Origin: Takakia lepidozioides
Taxonomy: Eukaryota; Plantae; Bryophyta
Direction of reading: 5' to 3'
Assembly (NCBI GenBank): GCA_030704615.1
Contig: CM060734.1
Coordinates: forward strand, 57,846,001 to 57,910,000
DNA length: 64,000 bases
The translations under genes were made by a program, and so were the position numbers. Under the pieces are notes generated by a model. The model searched no databases and was not told the DNA's origin. It worked only from the letters and a program-made list of their open reading frames with translations. Position 1 is the first letter of the stretch, and each line of letters begins with the position of its first letter. Below, piece after piece: positions 26,140-36,399 of the stretch.

Positions 26140-26945
26140 TTGCTGACAATTTGTGAGAAAGTTTTTTCAATGCGCCTCAAAGTGGATTCCCGCCAAATGT
26201 TTTTCTACTCAACACCCTTGTCAACATGTATGTTAAGTGCAGGAGCATCATGGATGCTCACCAAGTGTTCAACAGAATGGCTCAACCATCTTTGATCACG
26301 TGGTTCACGATGCTTGCAGGGTATGTACAGCAAGGGCGTGGTATGGAGGCCTTGGAGACCTATGATCAAATGATGGGGGAAGGGGTGAAGCCCGACCACA
26401 TCACGTTTCTGTGCATTTGCAATGCGTGTGCAAGCCTGGCAGCTCTGGAAAAGGATGAAGGGTGCATGGCGATCAAATCTGGAATTGTACCCGATGTCAT
26501 GCTGAACACTGCCCTGGTGGAAATGTATGTCAAATGTGCGTGCATCGAGGATCCAAAGGGAGTGTCAACAGTATGGCTGAACGAGATGTGGTGTCGTGGA
26601 GTGCGTTGATTGCAGGATATGCACAGCAAGGGTGCTGGATGGAGGCTTTGGAGACCTATGAGCAAATGATGTGCGAAGGGGTGAAACCCAACCACATCAC
26701 GTTTGTTTCTGTTTGCAATGCGGGTGCAAGCCTGGGAGCTCTGGAAAAGGGGAGAGAGGTCCATGGTGACATCGTCAAAGCTGGAACACTGCCCTGGTGG
26801 ACATGGATGCAAAATGTGGGTGCGTTAAGGATGCGAAGGGGTGAAGCCCAACCACATCACATCTGTTTTTGTTAGCAAGCCTGGGAGCTCTGGAAAAGGG
26901 GAAAGAGGTCCATGATGACATCGTCAAAGCTGGAATTGTAAGTGT
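26140..26945 (+). pseudogene. PLS-class PPR gene fragment with frameshifts and deletions
   Basis: MYVKCRSIMDAHQVFNRM..., GVKPDHITF..CNACASLAALE, ERDVVSWSALIAGYAQQG. Confidence 0.85.
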
Positions 26946-27029
26946 TGCTGGAAGGAGGAGTACTACCAGGTTTGAATGGGTTCTCAGTTATCCATGCCTT
27001 GCATAAGCCCAGACAACCCCCCCACCTGC

Positions 27030-27290
27030 AACGGAGGAGTTCGAAGACAATGTTTCCGTCGAAGGTGCATGGGAGAAACTTTGCCCGTTCAATCGTGAAA
27101 GCATCCCATGGAATCTTAGATATGTCGTTCTTGGAACCTGGCATCCCCAACATGGACTTTAACTTCGGAAGAACACTGCTGATCTCCTGCAGCTCGGTTT
27201 CTTGGACAACTGCAGATGAAGGTGGAGGTTGTATTTCTGCGGTGTCTTGCAATTTAGGGGTTGATATACAGACAGACCTTATCATGAAAT
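27030..27290 (-). pseudogene. Unassigned coding fragment abutting the PPR remnant, possibly transposon-derived
   Basis: SKNDISKIPWDAFTIERAKFLPCTFDGNIVFEL looks protein-like; family not established. Confidence 0.3.
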
Positions 27291-27825
27291 GAGCACTTCT
27301 ACATCAATCTTCCAGAAGAAGTTAGGCTGGCCCCTCTTCATGGTATTGTCGTTCCATGGGTACAGTTTGCATGGGTTGATGGGTTTGAGTGCACCCACTC
27401 ATCTCCCTCTCCTGAGATTTGATGCCTCGACCCATCGTCTCAAAGAGGGCCTAGGGTTTTAGAGTTGGTGAACGTTGAATTTATTGCATGGTTATGTTTA
27501 CAATCAAAAGGAGAGCCAGCAGTTTGTCAAGTTTTGCTCTGATGGATTTGTACTAGATCATAGAAGTGCTGACCTTGGAGGCCTGCAATTTTCATTGGAA
27601 GTGGAAATATGTATCTTCCACATCTTTGTGGGAGCAGCAGTGGTAATTCTCGAGCAACGGTCCTCCCACTTTATAAATGGAAAAAGCTGTTGTGTTTAAT
27701 GCTGTGCATGAGTACTGGGGGAATCTTTTCCCTTATGTTTGGAGTCTGATCTTTTGTAGCAAGATATGTATGTTCTGGTCTGGAATGGCATCAGGCTTCG
27801 AAACTGTTTATAAACCTGAATTTCC

Positions 27826-28059
27826 CCATTCAGCTCCGTGAATTAATTTTGATGAGCAATTTTTATGCAACTTCTCATAGTGACAAGGCCGATGGGCCTC
27901 GAGATAAAACACTCCCTCCCCTTGTGCCTGTTGGTTGTTCTCTCTCTCCCAAGGAGGGAGGGGAGGGGAGGGAGTGTTTTATTTCGGGGCCCATGGGCCT
28001 TGTCAACATGAGAAGTTGCATAAGAATTGCTCATCAAAATTTCACAGAACTGAATGGGC
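27826..28059. mobile_element. Foldback/MITE-like hairpin with arms of about 95 bp
   Basis: cccattcagctccgtgaa...ttttgatgagcaatttttatgcaacttctcat...aaaacactccctcccc is mirrored by ggggagggagtgtttt...atgagaagttgcataagaattgctcatcaaaatttcacagaactgaatggg. Confidence 0.8.
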
Positions 28060-28955
28060 AGATCCTTGAACTTTCATAGAACACTCGAATCGCGGGGGGC
28101 AGAGCAACATAATCCAACAATGAGGTACCTCTGCATAGTGTCACTAGGTATATCCACAAAGAGAGTTTTTGAGTAGAGCTTTATGATTCCTTCTCAGGGC
28201 CCCACTTTTTTCCTTGTTTGGTGCTTTTCTCCTGTCCCTTAAACTCTTTGAGCTTTCCTTGGGCCATATATAGTTTCTCTTCTTTGCCACCTCAAATAGG
28301 TTCAATGCTCTACCAACAACTTGTGAATTTCAATCAACAGATCCAAATATTTGAGAAATGTTGAGGAATATATCTTCTGAAGAAGCTCTGCTTGTTTCAA
28401 CTGAGTCTGTTTGTCTGTAATGAGCCTGTCTGATCAGGTTAGTACACTGGCAAGAGGTTTTGTGTTCCAACATATACTGGGAAGAGGTTCTTGGAGGTGC
28501 TGGGTCAAACAGCAAGGTCAGCTGTTTGAGAGATGCAATGCAGGAGTAATCAATTAACAATTTGGAGAAATTCTTTAGATATCATTCATCAATGTCAACT
28601 GCTGTTGTGAGCAACAATCAAGCTACCTTCCAATTCAAAGTGAGAAGATTAGGAGAGAGGTGGTGGAGGTAGGCTCAGAAGTTTGAGAGGGTTGACATAC
28701 CAAAGCAGCAGATATTACAGGAGACAGATCTTCAGAATGCAGTTAGTTGTCAAGCTTAGAATTCTGCCATAGCTCACCAAAATAGATGTGTTGTAATAAT
28801 TCTTTAGCAATGCAGTCCCTGAGATAAGTCAAGCCTAGTAAGATCATGGGCTGAACTTAAAGTGCCGACACCTATAATGTGCATTTCACCAGTCAAATAT
28901 GAATATTAGTCTCAAAGTAAGATGTGAAAACCAGCCCAGAAATATCAGAGAGATT

Positions 28956-30797
28956 GTACTCATAAGACGTTGTTTGCCGTAGCCTTGTTTGTGGCCATTG
29001 ACCCCGCGCCCAGTTTGAGCGGGAACAAAAGGGACAGAACCTACCTTTGTCAGGCGCTGACGTTGGTAGTAAGACTTACCTTCATATAGAGAATTAATCC
29101 GGGTTTTCCAGATATCCACTAGAAATCCCTTCACACAAGCATCAATCTGCTGTGTGTGATTTGCCCAAAAACTAGGCCTCAGGAGGGCCTGGGCTTTTGG
29201 CTCAGCCTCGAGACTTTCAAAGTTGGTAAACAGGGGTACAGGCACAATTCCCTTGATAGATTTGAAGAGAGCGTCTCTTTGGTGAGAGAATCCCGGACAG
29301 TGTATCAGAAAATGAATACTGTCTTCAGATTGCCCACACAACGGGCAATTGCACTCTCCCTTTCCTCTCTGCTTCTGTTTGCTGTTCAAAGGTAGGCTTC
29401 CTGCCCCGAGTTTAAATTTCAGTCTAGTGCCGAGAGTGGGTAGACCCTTGAGGTCATCCAAGATGTCCTCCCCCATGTCACTGACTGGAAACAAGTTCAG
29501 GGAAGTTTTCTGCCTAACTTCATTTTCATCAGACAATCTCATGGCAACAGACATGGCTTTGGACACTACAGCCTCTAAGTCAGATTTATCCAGCAGGGTC
29601 AAGACTTGCGGCTCCAGGTCCAGGTCCTCGAGAATCTCTTCTACTCTCTTCTGCCAGGACTTAGCCTGTTTGACAGGGCGGTCCTGTTTCCAAGATATAG
29701 AGTTGATTAACTTAGGATATCTGGTGTTGGGCATATGTTGCAGCTGACCCCACCATCTGACCTTGTTTTGGAGCATGCTGACATACACTCCTTAAGCACC
29801 CCCACTTGAATGGATTCTAGAGACTTAGCCTGGTTGGAGTTATCAACCCATATTGCAGATCCGTACTCCAAGGCAGGTCTAATAACGCGACAAAGCATGG
29901 TTTTCTTAACCTCAGAGTTGACCCCTCTGCAGTGGAAAAATTTAGTGAGCCCCAGAGCTTTGCCCTTGCCAGTTTGAACACCTTTCCGGATATGTGCATC
30001 CCAATTACAATTGGAGGAAAACTCAACGCCCAGGTAAGTGTAGGAAGGGAGGACCGGGATCTCTTGGCTACCCCACTGCCACTTAAGATCACTTCCTCCC
30101 TCTCCTCTGTCGTTGAATGCTACCACTGCACATTTGCTGACATTAGCCTCTAACCCCCAAAGATCAAAGTATCTCTTCGCGCAATCAATCAACTCCTGGA
30201 GATTGGTTGGAGTCTCCCCTATGCCTGCGAAGTCATCCGCAAACATAAGGGCTGGTATGGTGATATCACCCACCCTTAACCCAAATCCCTCACTTTCCAC
30301 ATCCTCGAGGAGTTGATTGATGAAAACATTGAAGAGCAGAGGGGAGAGAGTACATCCTTGAGCTACACCTTGGTCTATGTCAAAGAAGTTGGACTTCTGT
30401 CCGTTAACAGTGACACAGCTTTTGGTGTGAGCATACAAGTTGTGGACAACTCTCCACATCTTTCCCTTGATCCCACAAGACCACAGGCGGAACCATAGGC
30501 CATCTCTCCACACTGTGTCATAAGCCTTTTTGACATCCAGGAAAAAAACATAAGTGGGTTTCCCTTCTTTTTTCCTTCCCTGGATAATCTGGCTTAGAGT
30601 GAAGATATGATCCACACAGCCCCTGTTTCGCCGAAAGCCAGCTTGGCCTTCGTGGAAACAACCTCTAGACTCCAGATCAACCTCGAGACGAGTACTTGTA
30701 ACTCTGCAGAATGTCTTGCCAACAGCATTGAGGAGCGTGATGCCACGGTAGTTCCCCGGTTCTTCTCTGTCACCCTTCTTGTATATATTGACAATGA
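28956..30797 (-). mobile_element. 5'-truncated non-LTR retrotransposon: RT plus C-terminal CCHC knuckle, RTEX-like
   Basis: YKKGDREEPGNYRGITLL, FLDVKKAYDTVWRDGLW, QGVAQGCTLSPLLF, LMFADD, YTYLG and CPLCGQSEDSIHFLIHC. Frame breaks near 30620 and 29790. Confidence 0.9.
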
Positions 30798-31339
30798 CCC
30801 CCTGTCGCCAGCGAAAAGGGGATCATTTCAGTCTTCCAGATATCAGAGAGAGAGAGAGAGAGGGATAGGAACAGCCAAAAAGAAGGAAAGAGAAAAGATT
30901 ATGACTGGTTGCGGGAAGGTTTGCCAAGAGCACGTCGAATCTTTTGACCCCCGCTCACCAAATCATTTACCTGCCTCCACCACAATGAGATACACTAGTC
31001 AGAAAGAAGACAACAATGTTGAGAATTTATGGCCTCCAGCAGTGACATTCTAGTAGGATGCATGTCAAGGACATCAGCACTACAACTCTAGCCCTGTTCC
31101 TGGTACCCTGCAAGTTGAACAGCAGTCACAACGTTGGACAAATAGGAAAGGATAGAACAGGAGAAAGAGAGAAGAGTGTTTATGAACTTGTTCTCATCCC
31201 ACAGCCTTGTGGCCACAATCCCTGCACCCTGTTTGGACTGAGCAGAAAAAAGTGGGGTGAGGGGAACAGCAGAGGGGGCTTTCCAGTAGTGAGAGTTTTC
31301 AAAATAACTTCACCCCTTCCTCTTTTGGAGGACGTAACC

Positions 31340-31516
31340 ACACACAGCAGATTGATGCTTGTGTGAAGGGATTTCTAGAGGATATCTGGAAAACTCGGAT
31401 TAATTGTCTGTTCCAAGGTAAGTCATACTACCCCGGCGTCAGCCGCTGACAAAGGTAGTTTCTGTCCCTTTGTGTTCCGCTCAAAGGTCAATGGCAAACA
31501 ACGTCTTCTGAGTACA
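31340..31516 (+). mobile_element. Short 3'-end copy of the same LINE family, in inverted orientation
   Basis: cacacagcagattgatgcttgtgtgaagggatttctag...gcaaacaacgtcttctgagtac matches the reverse complement of about 28956-29158. Confidence 0.9.
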
Positions 31517-31649
31517 TTCTTTTGGAGGACATAATACAATCTCTTGCTTCCTCACTCTCTCTCCAGAGGAGAGTGACATGTCTACATACACTCACAAACA
31601 CACTACTGCAAGTTCAGGCTCAGTTTTTGGTCAATCAGAACCCTACAAC

Positions 31650-32330
31650 CTGCTCCAGGAGGCTTGTTAGCCCGCAGAGAATGTGCCCTAAGTAATGTCA
31701 CAACATTCACAGCCATCAATTTAGTATCTCTCCCATCTCATACTCAAGAGGAACTGACTATTGAAGGAGCTATAACACCTTTAAGAGACATGCAGCCCTT
31801 GTCTCTATTTAAAACCCCTCACATCCAACAGATTGATTACTACAGATTCAAGATTTGCCAAAAAAGCTGGCACCTTACAGGCACTAACCTCTCGAATTCC
31901 GCTAGCATGAAGTGCACCACCAACAGCACATGCCCCAGCCCCTAGAAGCAAGGATGCAATTGAGAATGCCCTGAGGGGCATGGATGGGCGCCCCCAGCAG
32001 CTGGCCAACCGAACAACATGCCCATGTACTCTGGGTCAGTTTGACCTTCTTTTGCTCAGGGACTTGATTACTCATTGGTCAAAGGTACTGGGTCCTCCTA
32101 TCCAACCTGCAGAGAAACCAACAACACCAATCATTTTAAACTTGAGGGATACTTTTTTAGTGGCCAGAGTCTCCTATAAATCTGTTTGCTTGCCACATTT
32201 TTTGAGTAGAATTATATAAGACTCTTTCAGGACATAACTGCACTCCAGCCCATCAATCTCTGGCCTAAAGAGCACAGAAGTGGGAGACAATACCACAACA
32301 ACAACATACATTGATTCTTCCCCTCAATTG
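31650..32330 (-). mobile_element. Highly degenerate L1-like LINE remnant near the endonuclease start
   Basis: The reverse complement near 31800-31840 resembles ICWNVRGLN; otherwise decayed. Confidence 0.3.
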
Positions 32331-33413
32331 TCACTGCAACCATGCCATATCGTAGGTATTATGGGGCTGTACTGGGTACTTTGGGGCATATCTGTAGTAT
32401 ACTACTAACTATGGATAACTTAACCTGAGAATTGATTTAGCTGCAGACCCAAGTGCCATTTGCCTGAGGGAATTCAGAGAAACCATTGTACCCAGAATGT
32501 TAGGCCTAACTGTTTCAAAAGGCTGTAGAGAGGGAGAGAGATGTTCTAAGTCCACATTCCAGGCCCGCAAATGGTGCGAGTCATACTCTTACCACCGGCA
32601 GCTCCTATCGGAAGCAAAAAACTGTGTGCCCCTACAGGAAAATTGGTTCATCCCCATGTTGTGCCGCAAGTACTTCCCAATGCTTGTGATACAATGCCAG
32701 AGTCAAAAGTATACATTAAAACCAGAAAGGCTAACTGTCCGGATCAGGATATCTGTAGGTTACAATAGACATCCGCGGCGATACTGGAAATGTAAGGTTG
32801 TTCCAGTGTGCACCCCACATAACGATCACAAACTAGCTACTTTCTTCACACTTTACACAGAACCTCTTGGAAAATTACAACAAACAACTCCCAATTCACG
32901 ATGATTGTGCTGCCTAAGCGTAATATAATACCAACATAAATTCCCTCCAAGGTTTAGGGTTCCGAGAGAGAGAGAGATCCACCCATAACGTTGGGAAGAG
33001 GACGTTATGGATTCTAATGCACACTTGTGAAGGTCTGAGTGAGGATCCCTACCTCCCGACGGCCTCGACCTCCACAAGCTTCCGCACCAGCGCACATCAT
33101 CCCTGCTCCACAACAAGGGCAGCACCCAACTCTCTCATCGATCAACGAAGAGAACGCGGTGGCCTGAACCATGTTTCCTTCAAACACTTGTTGAATATTA
33201 CTTTACATATTATATTTTTGCTGGAGTATATTGAGGAGTATAATACTACAGATTCTCAGTATATTCGTGTTAGTGGAGTCCTTGGCTGCTGCAGTTTTAG
33301 GGTTAATAAGAGACCTCATCCTCTTGCTCTTCCTTCTTTAGCAGTCAGGCACCCCAGAAACCTGAAAATTTTTGGTACACCAAGGCACAAGAATTGAAGG
33401 AAAAATAGAATTA

Positions 33414-33622
33414 GGGCCACCTTACACTAGGGCCGAAGCCCAAGAAATCCTAGGCCCAATTTCTACCACTCTTGGGCTCGGCTTGAGCCAACTTCAACGG
33501 TCATGATCAAACAGTCATGATCGCACAAAAATAGTCTATCTTAATACCAAACTTCTTGGGCCCAAGAGCCGAGAGTTGGGTCTCACTTGGTCTTGGGCTT
33601 CGGCCCTAGTGTAAAGCGGCCC
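33414..33622. mobile_element. Tourist-like PIF/Harbinger MITE (209 bp)
   Basis: TIRs gggccaccttacactagggccgaagcccaaga and tcttgggcttcggccctagtgtaaagcggccc; TTA duplication on both sides. Confidence 0.9.
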
Positions 33623-35576
33623 TTAGATCAGGAAGGCCAAGGAACTAAGAAGCCCTGTGTAGATCCTCTCTCCCTTTGGTATGTTTGGAAAGTTAATTCT
33701 ATGAGCAAGGGATGTCAATGGTCGTTTCACAAGGTGGACAGTCCAGTGTTGAGTCTGAAGGAGCAAGTGACAGTATCCACAACATTGTAAGAGAAGCCCA
33801 TCTGAGATCCTCACTCTTTCTACGAGCTGAGACTACCCAACAAATCTGTTGAAACTCAAACCCGGGCTTAGAAGTTAAAACAGTCTTTCCTCCTCCTCTA
33901 TGGTGTCTCTGCATTCACCATGAAGCAAGATTCGTTTGGTCATAAGTCATCAAATCTATGCGGGCGAAGATTAGTGAAGCACTTGAATAGCGGGAGGTCA
34001 ACTGGAAGCACGTCAGCGCGGGAGACACGCCATGAACCTTAGTATCCATCGCTAGTGCTTCTCTCTAAACTTGGGCAAGGTTCATTGTCATCTGGCTATG
34101 ATTCCTCTATGATTAGTGAAACAGATTCGTGAGCACCGTCTGTAGTTAATCTGTACGTGAAACTTGGCTTCATGATTTCCTTTGGATTTCGTGTTGATTC
34201 GGGCTGCAAAACGGCCACCTTGCATTTGTCTGCCACCCTTGGTGTGACCGTCACACATATTCGTCCTCTTGGATGTCTCTCTTGTTATCATTCTCGGGTT
34301 CATCCCGCACTTACTTGCGCTTGCTTGCTGGCCCCTAAGGGTTTTTAAATTTTTCCTCCTACATAGGAATATGGAACTAAGTCAGTGAGCTACCACAAAG
34401 TCCATGATATAATGTAATTCATGAATACCTAAAAGGAGTAACTTAGACAAAGTATGTGCCTGGAAAGGTAAGTTACATGAGGCATGAAAGAGGTGAAGGC
34501 CATGAGGCACTCAAGCTTCTCAGTTAACGACCTTGGGCGTTTAAAATCTGGGGTGCAGTGTTCGACTGCCAGATGAAGTAACAGGAGCGGTAACCGCGCC
34601 CCTCCCTCCCTTGACACAATACCAGGCCACCCGGGCTGTTCTCAGCAAGCACCCACCATGCAAGGAGACTACAGCAGTGCGCATGCTTGAGTGTTTTTGC
34701 TATGTGCATGTTGGGTTTCTTCACAATTGTCTATTCAGCTAGTAGGTGGTAGCAGCTTAATTTCAATCCCTGATTTTCTCCTATTTGGTTTCCATAGCTC
34801 AGCTCAGCACCAAGAGTTAACCAAGTGCAGCTTGAAGGAACGTCTCGGCCTGTCTTCTTATGCTCTGAGAATTGACATGCATGAAGGCTATTATCTTCAT
34901 CCTATCCACCTTGCTTTTGCATGTCATATGCAGGTCTAGCAATTGGATCCAAGGTGGTGATATGTCAAACCTTGATGCAATGTGTTCGCTAATCGAGCAA
35001 GCAAGAAACTTTTACATCATTAACTCAAGCGCGATCACCATCAGTCTATCGAGAAAATTTTCAAGTTTCTCAACCTGGAATTGTGTCACCTCTACTGATC
35101 TGACTTTATCCAAGGGATCGTAGTACAAGGGTATTTCTACTCCATCATGAAGGGATCCGGAAGCAGTGTTATAAACTTGAAGTTTTTGAAAGAGAAGTGG
35201 TTACCACTTCCATGTGTGCTTCCTGTGCCGGGTGGCAACACTTCCAATGTGTTACCAAGTGGACTTGTTCACGAAGGTCTCCTCGTGAAGGCCGAGAAAC
35301 CTCGCGCAACTGAGACCCTCGATTTGCCAATTCACGGCGGATAGCCGCCTCAACGGATCAATATACGGACTTCAGGTTGCACATGTGTACTCTCATGGGC
35401 GTTCCTTTGCCTCTGGACGCAAACTATCACCTAAGTTACAGTTTCTCGCATTGTTAGCCTCCGATATGGATTCTTAGCAGATATGGAGGAATCATATCTC
35501 TAGCCCTTCCACAAAACGCACTCTTCCAGCTCTCTCTCTCTCCCGGCAGATGTATGTACAGGAGATATGAACTAGA

Positions 35577-36209
35577 TTATAATTCTAATTTTCTTTGAGC
35601 CCTTCGCATTACTGTCTCGTTATGCTTTGGCTTTTTTACAAGAGTGCATTCGATTGCGATATATTTTTGAATTTTTGTAGCACATGTTTGATCTTTGATC
35701 AGTGGTTCTTGTTTTTCCTGGAATTTGTATTTTCCCCTTCGTTTAGCATTTGTTTCGTCTAGATCTATTTCCGTGGTTTGTGCTGGGTTTTCGGATCTGT
35801 ATTTTTCCCGTCGTTTAGTATTTGTTTCGTTTGGATCGGGAGGCGGATGGGATTCTATTCCCGTGGTTTGTGGTGGATGTTCACATCTGTATTTGTCCCT
35901 TCGTTTAGCATTTGTTTCATCCGGATCGGGAGGCGGATGGGATTCTATTCCTTTGGTTTGTGGTGGATGTTCACATCTGTATTTGTCCCTTCGTTTAGCA
36001 TTTGTTTCGTCCGGATCGGGAGGCGGATGGGATTCTATTCCTGTGGTTTGTGGTGCATGTTCACATCTGTATTTTTCTCTTCGCTTAGCATTTGTTTCTT
36101 TTGGATGGGGAGTCGGTTGTTTGTATCTTTTCCGTCGTTCATCATTTAGTTTCTCTTTATTTAAAGCATACTTTCTCCGTCTCTTATCATTAGCAGTTTC
36201 TTTTGCCAT
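35577..36209 (-). CDS. Basic 210-aa ORF with 30-aa (90-bp) tandem repeats; possibly the N-terminal fragment of a Helitron-like protein
   Basis: DETNAKRRDKYRCEHPPQTxGIESHPPPDP about 3 times plus partial copies. No Rep or helicase domain seen. Confidence 0.4.
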   Translation of the reverse strand: MAKETANDKRRRKYALNKEKLNDERRKRYKQPTPHPKETNAKRREKYRCEHAPQTTGIESHPPPDPDETNAKRRDKYRCEHPPQTKGIESHPPPDPDETNAKRRDKYRCEHPPQTTGIESHPPPDPNETNTKRREKYRSENPAQTTEIDLDETNAKRRGKYKFQEKQEPLIKDQTCATKIQKYIAIECTLVKKPKHNETVMRRAQRKLEL

Positions 36210-36399
36210 GTTAAGTTGAAGTTATAGACATCTAGAGATATGTTTACAAATAAATAATTGTATTCGCATAGGACATTGGTCTTTTGATAAAATAGATAAT
36301 TGTTGTATATCTAGATGTTTTTTTCATTAAAATAATTATCTTTTATGGAAATTTGTCTTAAATTGATAGAAATCATTTGTCTGGAAAGATGAAAAAGAA

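Noticed and set aside
32400-35560. Assorted short ORFs as captured genes
   Set aside because: No recognisable motifs and many stops; cannot be assigned without a database search.
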